Origin: Dehalococcoidia bacterium
GTDB lineage: Bacteria > Chloroflexota > Dehalococcoidia > DSTF01 > JACRBR01
Assembly: GCA_040902505.1 (NCBI GenBank)
Contig: JBBDXE010000025.1
Location: forward strand, 16,221 to 80,220
Direction: 5' to 3'
Length of the DNA: 64,000 nt
In this document: piece after piece, positions 54,830 to 64,000 of the stretch
How positions within the stretch are numbered: position 1 is the stretch's first letter
How the letters are laid out: the number at the start of each line of letters is the position of its first letter
Made by a program: the position numbers and the translations under genes
Notes under the pieces: model-generated
What the model was told of the DNA's origin: nothing
The model's input: only the letters and a program-made list of their open reading frames with translations
The model's database searches: none

Positions 54830-55882
54830 GTGATGATTGAGAAGTTGAACATTCTGATCTCCTTTGCGCTGGAACCGGAGCTGGTGGAGCAGATCCGTGC
54901 CGTCGATCCCGAGCGGATCGAGGTGGAGGTACTGGGGCGGGACCAGCGGCAGCTGTTGCGGGGGTTCCGGTATCCGAGCGAGCGCGAGCGCGCCGCCGTG
55001 GCGGGGGGGCTTCACGACGCCTTCTCGCAGGCGGAGGTGGTGTTCGGTTTCTGGGGGGCGGAGCTGCACCAGGCGTTCACGGGCCTCGGGTCGCTGGGGG
55101 AGGTGGCGCCGCACCTGAAGTGGGTGCAGCTCACCAGCGCCGGAGCGGACCGCCTTCTCAGCAGCGGCTTCATCGAGGAGGGGATCGTCGTCACGACGGT
55201 GAGCGGGCTGCACGCGACGCCGATCGGCGAATACGTGCTGGCGGCGATGCTGATGTTCGCGAAGGGCGCGCCGAAGTCGATGCGGGCGCAGCTGCGCCAT
55301 GAATGGGCGCGCTTCCTGCCGACGGAGCTGCGCGGCAAGACCGTCGGTATCGTGGGGATGGGGCACATCGGGGCGGAGGTGGCGCGGCTCTCGAAGGCGT
55401 TCGGGTGTCGCGTGCTGGCCAGCCGGCGTTCGGTCGAGGGGCCGTCGTCGGGTGGGCACGCGGACGAGCTGCTGCCGCCACGCGAGCTGCCGCGGCTGCT
55501 CGGCGAGAGCGACTACGTGGTGCTGTGCGTGCCGCTGACGCCCGAGACGCGCGGACTCATCGGCGAGGCGGAGCTGCGGGCGATGAGGCCGACCGCGGTG
55601 CTGGTGAACATCGCGCGAGGGCCCGTGGCGGTGGAGGCGGACCTGATCCGCGCGCTGCGGGAGGGCTGGATCGCGGGGGCGGCGCTTGACGTGTTCGAGA
55701 AGGAGCCGCTGGCTGAGGACAGTCCGCTGTGGGACATGGAGAACGTCATCGTGTCCCCGCACATCTCGGGCGGGACGGAGATCTACAACCAGCGGGCGGT
55801 AGAGATCTTCGTCGAGAACCTGCGGCGGTATCTGGCGGGCGAGCCGCAGCGGAACGTGGTGGATCCGGTGCGGGGCTATTAG
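54830..55882 (+). CDS. D-isomer-specific 2-hydroxyacid dehydrogenase family protein
   Basis: GKTVGIVGMGHIGAEVARL NAD-binding site, catalytic NIARGPVAVEADL..., SPHISG (His). Confidence 0.85.
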   Translation: MMIEKLNILISFALEPELVEQIRAVDPERIEVEVLGRDQRQLLRGFRYPSERERAAVAGGLHDAFSQAEVVFGFWGAELHQAFTGLGSLGEVAPHLKWVQLTSAGADRLLSSGFIEEGIVVTTVSGLHATPIGEYVLAAMLMFAKGAPKSMRAQLRHEWARFLPTELRGKTVGIVGMGHIGAEVARLSKAFGCRVLASRRSVEGPSSGGHADELLPPRELPRLLGESDYVVLCVPLTPETRGLIGEAELRAMRPTAVLVNIARGPVAVEADLIRALREGWIAGAALDVFEKEPLAEDSPLWDMENVIVSPHISGGTEIYNQRAVEIFVENLRRYLAGEPQRNVVDPVRGY

Positions 55883-55958
55883 AGGGGGGTTCACCGCACG
55901 TGCGCGGGGGAGAATTCCAGAAACCACAGAGGCACGGAGACACAGAAGGTCTTGAGGG

Positions 55959-56399
55959 TTGATGATGACGGCTCTTTCGGTTAACACGCTGAGTGAGCGG
56001 GTAATTGGGGCCTGCATTGAGATTCATAGGGCGCTGGGGCCGGGGCTCCTGGAGTCGGCCTACGAGGAGTGCCTATGTTATGAGCTGTCCCAGGCTGGGC
56101 TGGCGTTCGAGCGGCAGCGTGCCATTCCCGTGCGGTACAAGCAGGTGTTGCTGAACTGCGGCTACCGCGCTGATCTCATCGTCGATGATCGGTTGATCGT
56201 CGAACTCAAGACCGTCGATGCGATCAACAACATACACGTAGCGCAGCTGCTCACCTATCTACGGCTCACGGACATCGGGCTGGGCCTTGTCGTCAACTTC
56301 AACGTGGCGACGCTCCGGAGCGGCATCAAGCGGGTTGTGAGCGGGACGCCGGACAGAGATCGAAACGCGCAGGCGGACCATGTTGTCCGTCCTGTCTAA
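55959..56399 (+). CDS. GxxExxY family protein (PD-(D/E)xK-like)
   Basis: RVIGACIEIHRALGPGLLESAYEECLCYEL...YRADLIVDDRLIVELKTV matches the GxxExxY family layout. AT-richer than flanks. Confidence 0.7.
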   Translation: MMMTALSVNTLSERVIGACIEIHRALGPGLLESAYEECLCYELSQAGLAFERQRAIPVRYKQVLLNCGYRADLIVDDRLIVELKTVDAINNIHVAQLLTYLRLTDIGLGLVVNFNVATLRSGIKRVVSGTPDRDRNAQADHVVRPV

Positions 56400-56480
56400 C
56401 GTCAACCGCTTCTCCTCACATACGCGGCGTAACAACCAGACGGGTGCGCACGGCTTCCGGTTCCAGATCGCCCCGGAGCA

Positions 56481-56513
56481 CGTGTTTTCGCGGAGAACAA
56501 TCCCGCAATCAAA
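56481..56513 (+). promoter_or_regulatory. conserved upstream element (copy 2), 20 nt upstream of tsaB, adjacent to TTGACA
   Basis: cgtgttttcgcggagaacaatcccgcaatcaaa compared with cgtttttttcgaaagacaatcccgcaatcaaa at 12491-12523. Followed by ggcttgacatgg. Confidence 0.3.
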
Positions 56514-56532
56514 CGCGACGTACAGGCTTGAC

Positions 56533-57201
56533 ATGGAACTCGGGATCGACTGTGCGGACGACCGGCCCGGCATCGCGCTGGTGGGGGAGGGGGAGGTGGT
56601 GCGGATGGTGACGTGGGTGACGGAGCGGAATCACTCGGTAGAGCTGTTGCCGGCGATCGACCGGCTGCTGGCGGAGGGTGGCGTCGACAAGCACGCGCTG
56701 ACGGGTGTGCTGGTGGATGTGGGGCCGGGGGGGTACGCGGGGCTGCGGGTGGGGGTGAGCATCGCGAAGGCGCTGGCGCACGCGCTGGGCGCGGCGCTGG
56801 CGGGCGTGGGGCGGCTGGAGCTGGACGCGTACGCGGCCACGGAGGCGGGCGAGAGGCGGCGGACCGTCGCGGTGCACCGGGCGGGGCGGGGGGAGGTGGC
56901 GTGGGCGGCCTACGCGCCGGGCGACGGGGGCTGGCGGGAGGAGCTGGCGCCGCGCATCTCGAAGCCGGAGGCGCTGGCCGCGGCCATCGAGGCGGGAGAC
57001 GCTCTCACTGGCGATGTGGACGACGAGCTGCGAGCGGTGGCGGAGGGGCGGGGGGCGTCCGTGGTGGCGCCGGAGATGCATCGCGTGGCGGCGCTGGCGG
57101 CCCTGGGGCACCGTCGCATCGCGGAGGGGCGGACGGATGACCCTCGCGCGCTGGTGCCTCTATACTTGCGCGGGCCGGCGATCGGCCCGCAGCGGCCCTG
57201 A
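56533..57201 (+). CDS. tsaB: tRNA t6A37 threonylcarbamoyladenosine biosynthesis protein TsaB
   Basis: MELGIDCADDRPGIALV...LLPAIDRLLAEGGV...VDVGPGGYAGLRVGVSIAKALA (YeaZ signature). Confidence 0.75.
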   Translation: MELGIDCADDRPGIALVGEGEVVRMVTWVTERNHSVELLPAIDRLLAEGGVDKHALTGVLVDVGPGGYAGLRVGVSIAKALAHALGAALAGVGRLELDAYAATEAGERRRTVAVHRAGRGEVAWAAYAPGDGGWREELAPRISKPEALAAAIEAGDALTGDVDDELRAVAEGRGASVVAPEMHRVAALAALGHRRIAEGRTDDPRALVPLYLRGPAIGPQRP

Positions 57202-57222
57202 CATCTCGGAGAAGGAGCAGTC

Positions 57223-57672
57223 GTGGAGCGCACGCTCGTCCTCATCAAGCCCGACGCGATGCAGCGCGGCCTCGCCGGGGAGATCATCGCGCGGCTGGAG
57301 CGCCGGGGGCTGAAGATCGTGGCGATCCGGCTGCTCAAGGTGGGGAAGCCGCTGGCTCAGCGCCACTACGCCGAACACAAGGGCAAACCGTTCTTCGAGG
57401 GGCTGGTGGAGTACATCGCGTCGTCGCCGATCATCGCGGCGGTGTTCGAGGGCCGGAGCGCGATCGTGGCGACGCGGCAGACGATGGGGGCGACGTCTCC
57501 GACAGAGGCGGCGCCGGGCAGCGTCCGGGCGGACTTCGGACTGGAGCGCGGGCGGAATCTCACGCACGCGTCGGACTCGCGGGCGAGCGCGAAGCGAGAG
57601 ATCGCGCTGTTCTTCGGCGACACGCCGCCGATCGGGTGGGCGCGTGACACGGACCGCTGGGTGTTCGAGTAG
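57223..57672 (+). CDS. ndk: nucleoside-diphosphate kinase
   Basis: MERTLVLIKPDA...NLTHASDS (catalytic His in NxxHxSD). Confidence 0.9.
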   Translation: MERTLVLIKPDAMQRGLAGEIIARLERRGLKIVAIRLLKVGKPLAQRHYAEHKGKPFFEGLVEYIASSPIIAAVFEGRSAIVATRQTMGATSPTEAAPGSVRADFGLERGRNLTHASDSRASAKREIALFFGDTPPIGWARDTDRWVFE

Positions 57673-57686
57673 GAAGCGGGGCTGTA

Positions 57687-60512
57687 CTACCGGCGGCGCC
57701 GAGCAGGCTTCTTGGCCGGCTTCGAGGGTTTCTTCGGCGCCGCGGCCTTCTTCGCCGGTTTCTTCGCCGGCGCTGGCTTCTTGGACGCAGGCTTCTTCGA
57801 CGCTGACCGGCGCTTCACGGGCGCGGGCTTTGCGGGCGTCCGCGCCTTCGGGGCCGGCGAGGGCCTGGGCTTCGAAGCGCGGGCGGGCTGGGCACGGCCC
57901 TTCGGGGTGCGGCCGCGGATGGGCGTCGGCTTCGCGGGCTTCCGCTTCGCAGGAGGAGCGTCGAGGCCGGCGAGCGGTGGCTGCTTCGGGTCGGGGTCCT
58001 TTGGCGCGCCGTCCTTGCCGTTCGGGCCGCCCATCTCGATCGTCGAGAGCGACGCGACAGCGTCACCCTGAGCGACGTTGATCACGGAGACGCCCTGCGC
58101 GGCGCGGCCAGTGATGCGGATGCTGTCCATGCGGGTACGGATGACGATGCCGTCGCGGCTGATGACGATCAACTCCATCGACGAGTTCACCGAGCGGGAC
58201 GCGACGACGGGGCCGGTCTTCTTCGTGATCTCGTAGTTCCGGATGCCCATGCCACCACGGTGCTTCGGGGGGTAGTCGCCGAACGGGGTGCGCTTGCCGT
58301 AGCCGTTCTCGGTGATCGTGAGCAGCTCGTAGCCCTTCGTCACGACCTCGAGCGAGACGACCCGCGCGCCCTTGGCGAGGGTGATGCCGCGCACGCCGCC
58401 GGAGGTGCGGGACGCCGAGCGCAGCTCCTTGACGTTGAAGCGGATGGCCTGGCCGTTGGAGGTGATGACGACGATCTCGTCGTCCTCGTGAACAAGCTTC
58501 GCGGCGACGAATTGATCACCCTTCTCGAGGTTCATGGCGATCTTGCCGTTGCGGCGGACCTCCCGGAAGTCGGCGAGGGGTGTCTTCTTTACCTCGCCGC
58601 TGGCGGTGGCCATGACCATGTAGTCCCTATCGTAGTCGCGGATGGTGACGAGCGCGGTGACCGTTTCGCCGGGGTCGCAATCGATGATGTTGACCAGCGG
58701 GATGCCCTTGGCCTGCCGCTTGGCGTCGGGGAGGTCCCAAGCGCGGGACTGGAACACGCGGCCCCGCTCGGTGAAGAAGAGCACGCTGTCATGGGTATCG
58801 CAGACGATGAGGCGACTGACGGCGTCCTCCTCGCGTGTGACCATGCCGGTGATGCCCCTGCCGCCGCGGCGCTGGAGGCGGTAGGCCTCGAGCGGGATGC
58901 GCTTCACGTAGCCGCGGCTGGAGAGGGTGACGACGACCTCCTGATGCGGCACCAGATCCGCCTCGTCGATCTCCTCGACGCCGGTCTCGACGATCTGGGT
59001 GCGGCGCTCGTCGCCGTAGTCGCGCTTGAGTTCCGTCATGTCGGCTTGGATGAGGCTGTCGATCTTGCGGGGGCTCTTGAGGAGATCCTCCAGGTAGGAG
59101 ATGCGCTTCTGGAGTTCCTTGTACTCGTCCTCGATCTTGTCGCGCTCGAGCTTGGCCAGGCGGCGGAGCTGGAGGTCGAGGACGGCCTGCGCCTGCCTGT
59201 CGCTCATCTCCCAGGGCTTGGCCATGAGCTTCGCCTTAGCGTCGTCGGCGGAGGCGGCGCCGCGGATGGTGGCGATGATCTTATCGAGGTCTTTGAGGGC
59301 GATAAGGTAACCCTCGAGGATGTGCTCACGCTCGCGCGCCCGTTCGAGTTCGAATTCGGTGCGCTTGCGGATGACGACGCGGCGGTGTTCGATGAAGGCC
59401 TCAAGGAGCTTCTTGAGCCCCATGGTCTTCGGCTGGCCGGCATCGAGCGCCACCATGTTGACGGCGAAGGATGACTGCATGGCGGTGTGCTTGTAGAGTT
59501 GGTTGAGGACGCTGGCAGCCTGACCTTCGCGACTCAGCTCGATGACGATGCGCATCCCGTGGCGATCGGACTCGTCGCGGAGGTCGCTGATACCAACGAT
59601 CTTTCGGTCCTTAACCAGATCGGCCATCTTCTCGATCAGTGTCGCCTTGTTCACCTGGTAGGGGAGTTCGGTGACGACGATCTGCTCACGGTTGCCGCGG
59701 GCCATCTCCTCGATGCGGGCGCGCGCCTGCATGATGATGCGGCCGCGGCCATCGGCGTAGGCCTCGGTGATGGCATCGCGAGTGGTGTCGTGGCGCTTAC
59801 CCTCGTCGTCGAGGGTGGAGTCCTTGCGCATGCGGTAGATGATGCCGGCGGTGGGGAAGTCCGGGCCCTTGACGATCTGGGCCAGCTCCTCGGTGGTGGC
59901 GGCTGGCTTCTCGATGAGGAGCGCGACGGCATCGCAGACCTCGCGCAGGTTGTGGGGCGGGATGTTCGTGGCCATGCCGACGGCGATGCCGGAGGCGCCG
60001 TTGAGCAGGAGGTTAGGGATGCGCGCGGGGAGCACCCAAGGCTCCTGCCGGGAGTCGTCGTAGGTGGGGACGGTCTCGACGGTGTTGCTGTCGATGTCCG
60101 CCAGCAGCTCTTCGGCGATGCGGGCCATGCGGGCCTCGGTGTAGCGCATGGCGGCGGGGGGGTCGCCATCGATGCTGCCGAAGTTGCCTTGGCCGTCGAC
60201 AAGGGGGTAGCGCAGGGAGAAGTCCTGGGCGAGGCGGGCCATGGCCTCGTAGACGGGGCTGTCGCCGTGGGGGTGGTACTTCCCCAGCACGTCGCCGACG
60301 ATGGCGGCGGACTTCCGGTAGGCGACGGTGGGGCGGAGGTTCATGTCGTGCATCGCGAAGAGGATGCGGCGCTGCACGGGCTTAAGGCCGTCGCGGACGT
60401 CGGGGAGGGCGCGCGCGACGATGACGCTCATCGCGTAGTCGAGATACGAGGTGCGCATCTCGTCTTCGATGCCGCGCGACCGGATGGTGCCGATGCCGGA
60501 GTCCTGAGTCAT
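57687..60512 (-). CDS. gyrA: DNA gyrase subunit A with basic K/P/A-rich C-terminal tail
   Basis: [29 protein letters not shown] (active-site region), GyrA-box-like [10 protein letters not shown], six beta-pinwheel blades. Tail ...[84 protein letters not shown]. Confidence 0.9.
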   Translation of the reverse strand: MTQDSGIGTIRSRGIEDEMRTSYLDYAMSVIVARALPDVRDGLKPVQRRILFAMHDMNLRPTVAYRKSAAIVGDVLGKYHPHGDSPVYEAMARLAQDFSLRYPLVDGQGNFGSIDGDPPAAMRYTEARMARIAEELLADIDSNTVETVPTYDDSRQEPWVLPARIPNLLLNGASGIAVGMATNIPPHNLREVCDAVALLIEKPAATTEELAQIVKGPDFPTAGIIYRMRKDSTLDDEGKRHDTTRDAITEAYADGRGRIIMQARARIEEMARGNREQIVVTELPYQVNKATLIEKMADLVKDRKIVGISDLRDESDRHGMRIVIELSREGQAASVLNQLYKHTAMQSSFAVNMVALDAGQPKTMGLKKLLEAFIEHRRVVIRKRTEFELERAREREHILEGYLIALKDLDKIIATIRGAASADDAKAKLMAKPWEMSDRQAQAVLDLQLRRLAKLERDKIEDEYKELQKRISYLEDLLKSPRKIDSLIQADMTELKRDYGDERRTQIVETGVEEIDEADLVPHQEVVVTLSSRGYVKRIPLEAYRLQRRGGRGITGMVTREEDAVSRLIVCDTHDSVLFFTERGRVFQSRAWDLPDAKRQAKGIPLVNIIDCDPGETVTALVTIRDYDRDYMVMATASGEVKKTPLADFREVRRNGKIAMNLEKGDQFVAAKLVHEDDEIVVITSNGQAIRFNVKELRSASRTSGGVRGITLAKGARVVSLEVVTKGYELLTITENGYGKRTPFGDYPPKHRGGMGIRNYEITKKTGPVVASRSVNSSMELIVISRDGIVIRTRMDSIRITGRAAQGVSVINVAQGDAVASLSTIEMGGPNGKDGAPKDPDPKQPPLAGLDAPPAKRKPAKPTPIRGRTPKGRAQPARASKPRPSPAPKARTPAKPAPVKRRSASKKPASKKPAPAKKPAKKAAAPKKPSKPAKKPARRRR

Positions 60513-60650
60513 GTGTGTTCTGTGCTACAAGCGGCCGCCGTAGGCGGCTCTATCTGACTAATCAATCTTAGCATTTCCGGGGCCTGCAGACAACGTTTGG
60601 GACGGCCCTCGGGCGACTAATTTGAATCTGGAACGGGCGCCGAACGGCCG

Positions 60651-61253
60651 CTAGACGGGGACCTCGGCGTAGGGGGGAGCGGGGTCATATTCCATGATGC
60701 GCTGGACCTTCCGGGCCTCGGCGGGGGAGGTGAGGACGCCGACCAGGTAGAGGGCCATATCGATCCCGGCGGAGACCCCGGCGGAGGTGATGACGTTGCC
60801 CTCGTGGACCCAGCGCTCGTCGACGACGGTCACGTCACCCAGTTCGGCCAGCTCCTTCTTCGCGGCCCAGTGGGTGGCGGCGCGGCGTCCCCTGAGGAAG
60901 CCCGCCCGATGCAGGAGCATGGCGCCGGTGCAGACGGAGGTGACGTACTCGGCGGACTGCCCGGTGCGGCGGATGTAGCCGACGAGCGCCTGGTTGTCCA
61001 TGCCGGGGCGAGTGCCGAGGCCGCCGGGGACGATGAGGATATCGGGCGTGGGGGCGTCGGTGTCAGCGAAGGTGTAGTCGGCCTGGACGGTGAGGCGGTT
61101 GAAGGCGGTGACGTTCTTCGCGGCGGCGATGGAGAAGACGCGCCAGTCCTTGTCGACGAATTTCGCGGCGGTGCCGAAAACCTCCCACGGGCCGGCGAAG
61201 TCCAGCTCCTCGAAGTCGGGGAAGAGCACAAAGCAGATGTTGCGGGCGGTCAC
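60651..61253 (-). CDS. DJ-1/PfpI family protein
   Basis: ILIVPGGLG...VTSVCTGAMLL (nucleophile Cys elbow) ... ITSAGVSAGIDMAL. Confidence 0.85.
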   Translation of the reverse strand: MTARNICFVLFPDFEELDFAGPWEVFGTAAKFVDKDWRVFSIAAAKNVTAFNRLTVQADYTFADTDAPTPDILIVPGGLGTRPGMDNQALVGYIRRTGQSAEYVTSVCTGAMLLHRAGFLRGRRAATHWAAKKELAELGDVTVVDERWVHEGNVITSAGVSAGIDMALYLVGVLTSPAEARKVQRIMEYDPAPPYAEVPV

Positions 61254-61345
61254 GGTGTACCTCCGAGCGTGAGATGCGGCAGCATAGCGCGCGAGGGACG
61301 CGCGCGCACGGAAACTTCCGCGACTTGTCTCGAGGAGAAGCGCGG

Positions 61346-62041
61346 CTATGTGGCCGGCGGCGGCAGGGCGATGTCGTCGATGCGCTCGGCCCGGACAACG
61401 AGCCGCTTGTCGTACTGATGGGTGGCGGAGTTGAAGGTCCCGCTGCAGGTGATGAGGGTAATGGTCTCCGTCGGCGTGGCGCCGACGATGTCGTCGACGG
61501 GGGCGGTGGCGGAGTCGTACTGGAGCAGGGACTTCACGGCGTAACGGTAGATCGTGCCGTCCTGGAGTTGAACCTCGATGATGTCGTCGGCCTTGAGGTC
61601 CTTGAGATCCCAGAAGACCGCCTTGCCGACGCGAATGTAGTCGACGTGGCCGGAGAAGACGGCGTTTCCGCCGAATCCCGGGCGGGCGCTGAAGTCGTAC
61701 CAGGCGGTGTCGTAGGCGTTGTCGGGGGCCTGCATGACGCCGGCGTTGTCCACGCCCTTCACGACGACCGGTGCATCGATCTCGACGCTGGGGATGACGA
61801 GCCGGGCGATGGGTGCGTTGGAGCCCGGGGGGAAGCGGTTGGTCGGCGTGGGCGAGGGGCCGGGCGTCGGGGTCTTGATCGGCTCACCGAAGCCCGGGAT
61901 GGTCACCAGATCGCTATTGCCGCTGGTCTCGTTCCCAATGACGTCGGCGGCGACGAGGGCCATGAGCACGACGGCCGCGACGATGAGCAGCGTGCCGATC
62001 GAGATCAGGGTGACGGACACCTTGTTCTGGCTCCACCTCAC
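61346..62041 (-). CDS. sortase family transpeptidase (class E/F-like), paralog 1
   Basis: N-terminal TM anchor, T/P-rich linker, FSGHVDY (catalytic His), ITLITCSG (TLxTC Cys), RxV tail (catalytic Arg). Confidence 0.8.
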   Translation of the reverse strand: MRWSQNKVSVTLISIGTLLIVAAVVLMALVAADVIGNETSGNSDLVTIPGFGEPIKTPTPGPSPTPTNRFPPGSNAPIARLVIPSVEIDAPVVVKGVDNAGVMQAPDNAYDTAWYDFSARPGFGGNAVFSGHVDYIRVGKAVFWDLKDLKADDIIEVQLQDGTIYRYAVKSLLQYDSATAPVDDIVGATPTETITLITCSGTFNSATHQYDKRLVVRAERIDDIALPPPAT

Positions 62042-62076
62042 AGCACCACGCTCCTCACGCCCAGAACTGCTCTCCG

Positions 62077-62943
62077 CTAGATGCGCACGCCGCGCACGAT
62101 CAGGCGGTTGCTGTAGTGTCCGGCGCTGAACTCGCCCACGCAGGTGACGAGGGTGATCGAGTCCTCGCCGGTCTTGGAGACGTATTGGCCGAAGTCTTCA
62201 GTCGGGCCGGCCCACGCGCTCCACTGGACCTGGTAGTTGTACGTACCCTGGGACGTGGTGACGGTCACGACGTCGCCGGCGGCCAGGTTCCGGATGCTAT
62301 AGAAGACAGCGGGCCCGACGCGGATGTAGTCCACGTGTCCGGCCATGACGACGTTGGCTCCGGCCTCTTCGGGGCGGCCACCCATGCCGCCGAAGCCGCT
62401 GAAGTCGTACCAGATGACGTCCCAGGCGCCGGCGGGGTTCCCCATCTGTCCGTTGCTGCCGACGTAGCGGCTGTAGACGGAGGCGTTCACGCCGATCTTC
62501 GGGACGGAGAGCCGCATGTCGGTGCCGACGATGGGGCCGGGGCCGGTGCCGCCGCGGTTGACGTAGGCGGAGCCGCCGCCTCCGCTGCTGGGGGCTGCAC
62601 CACCGCCGCCACCGCCAGACGATGCACGAGCCGGGGCGGTGGGAGTGGGCATAATGGCCGCCAGATAGCGGAGGAAGTCCTCGGCGGTGGGGGTGGGGGG
62701 CATGGGGGTGGAGGTGGGCGTGGCGGTCGGGACGGGCCCCTTCACGGTGGCATCGTCATCGCCGCCGGAGGCGACTGCTACGAAGGCGCCTCCGGCCAGA
62801 GCTACTACGACGATGGAGGCGCACCCTCCCGCCAGCAGCATCCGCTGGCGAGCCGCCATCCGGCGCCAGGCGCTCGCTATCGCATCGAACCGCATCTCCG
62901 GCATCCCTCCCAGTGTGATCCTCGGCTGCCGGCGAAGCGGCAA
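62077..62943 (-). CDS. sortase family transpeptidase, paralog 2
   Basis: TM anchor, T/P/G-rich linker, MAGHVDY, ITLVTCVG, LIVRGV. Confidence 0.8.
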   Translation of the reverse strand: MPLRRQPRITLGGMPEMRFDAIASAWRRMAARQRMLLAGGCASIVVVALAGGAFVAVASGGDDDATVKGPVPTATPTSTPMPPTPTAEDFLRYLAAIMPTPTAPARASSGGGGGGAAPSSGGGGSAYVNRGGTGPGPIVGTDMRLSVPKIGVNASVYSRYVGSNGQMGNPAGAWDVIWYDFSGFGGMGGRPEEAGANVVMAGHVDYIRVGPAVFYSIRNLAAGDVVTVTTSQGTYNYQVQWSAWAGPTEDFGQYVSKTGEDSITLVTCVGEFSAGHYSNRLIVRGVRI

Positions 62944-62959
62944 CGATTAGGCGATCTCC

Positions 62960-63787
62960 CTATACGCGCTGCGCCCAGATGATCTGGCGGTTGTTGTAAT
63001 GCCCGGCGGAGAACTCGCCGCCGCAGGTGATGAGGGTGAGCGACTCCTGGGCCGTGCCGGCGACGATCGCTTCCCAGGGCGCCACATCGGCGCCGATGGC
63101 CTTGTTGAACACGACCTCGTATTCGGCGATGGAGCCGTCGTTCAGGACGATCTGGACGCGGTCGCCGGCAGCGAGTGTGTGGAGGTCCCAGAAGACGGCG
63201 GGGCCGACGTTGATGTAGTCGACGTGCCCGGCGAGGACGATGTTCCCGCCCTGATTCGGGACGCCGCCGAGGCCGGGCCATCCGCTGAAGTCGTACCAGG
63301 CGACGTCCCATGGGCCGTTGGGGTTGGGCATCTGGCCGCTGCCGGGGACGACCCGGACCGTGAACTCGGCATCGACGCCGATCTTGGGGATGACGAGCCG
63401 CTGGCCCGTGAAGTCGCCACGACCGGCTTCGCCGGCGCCGCGGGCGGCCAGATCCTGGTCGGTGAGCGCGGAGCCGGGGCTGATGGGGATGGGGGTCTTG
63501 AGCCCGGCGTTGGCGCCCGGTGTGGGCGTGGCAGCGGCGGTCGTTGCCGCGGTGGCGGTTCCGCGGGCCGTCCGGCCGTCGTCGCTGCCGCCGCCAGCGA
63601 ACACTACGACAACGACCACGATCGCGGCGATGGCCGCGACGGCAACTACGGGGGCTCCGAAGATCATGATGTCCGGGCGGCCTCGGGATAGCCGCCGGAG
63701 GGTGTCGTTGGCGCGCAGACGGTCCAGTTGGTTTCGCATGTTCGCACGCAGGCGCGCCAGCAGGCCTTGGTTTTGGGGTCCGTTCAT
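62960..63787 (-). CDS. sortase family transpeptidase, paralog 3
   Basis: TM anchor, A/T-rich linker, LAGHVDY, LTLITCGG, IIWAQRV. Confidence 0.8.
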   Translation of the reverse strand: MNGPQNQGLLARLRANMRNQLDRLRANDTLRRLSRGRPDIMIFGAPVVAVAAIAAIVVVVVVFAGGGSDDGRTARGTATAATTAAATPTPGANAGLKTPIPISPGSALTDQDLAARGAGEAGRGDFTGQRLVIPKIGVDAEFTVRVVPGSGQMPNPNGPWDVAWYDFSGWPGLGGVPNQGGNIVLAGHVDYINVGPAVFWDLHTLAAGDRVQIVLNDGSIAEYEVVFNKAIGADVAPWEAIVAGTAQESLTLITCGGEFSAGHYNNRQIIWAQRV

Positions 63788-63956
63788 CGTTTCTTTGTCT
63801 CACTCCTCACCACGGCGCAGTCCGTCCAGGCGCCGCGGCGGCAGGTCCCGCCGGGGCACATCTTGCCATATTTCGCCCCGGGAAGCCCCTCAGGGAAGTC
63901 CCTATGTCCAGTCGCACATGGAGTGCTACGGGGGCGACTGGCGGGCGGATGCATCA

Positions 63957-64000
<44 letters not shown>

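Overview
High-GC bacterial chromosomal segment, roughly 70% GC by eye. The gene content (F420 genes cofE/fno, PlsY, HolB-RicT pair, long-form HPF, class-E/F sortases, argC-argJ-argB) points to an actinobacterial or Chloroflexota-type organism, but this is unconfirmed. The window is densely coding: about 75 supportable CDSs and two tandem tRNA-Ser genes. Because of the GC content, the ORF track is full of long spurious antisense ORFs, which I ignored. Most of the window is housekeeping: a ThrC-like/NIL/MoaD-like cluster, arginine biosynthesis (argCJB), an aldehyde dehydrogenase, hpf, cofE-fno, mnmA, rsfS, tsaE, thiL, holB, ricT, uppP, an oligopeptide-type ABC transporter, ccr, citrate synthase, speH, plsY, ctpA, lysA, tsaB, ndk and gyrA. 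Against this background there are several conspicuously AT-richer islets. (1) 1.59-4.98 kb is a compact island encoding a MazG-like NTP pyrophosphohydrolase, a UDG-superfamily protein, a divergent thymidylate-synthase-fold protein and a fused XRE-ImmA/IrrE regulator. I read it as a candidate nucleotide/DNA pyrimidine-modification or defence module with no named counterpart I know of, and it is the most interesting locus here. (2) 7.5-12.4 kb is a cassette flanked by divergent, inverted paralogous genes. It contains a GNAT gene, a HicB remnant, a frameshifted membrane TPR gene, a 190-bp tandem repeat and an octamer microsatellite. (3) 15.7-17.0 kb carries a GHKL-ATPase plus STAS-like (DUF4325-type) gene pair. 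Other notable items are 3'-end duplications of host genes marking apparent insertion scars, a dispersed ~100-130 bp intergenic repeat family (three copies), three tandem sortase paralogs, an Erm/KsgA-family rRNA methyltransferase next to hpf, a basic K/P/A-rich tail on GyrA, and a poly-G run at the contig end that is probably a sequencing artefact.
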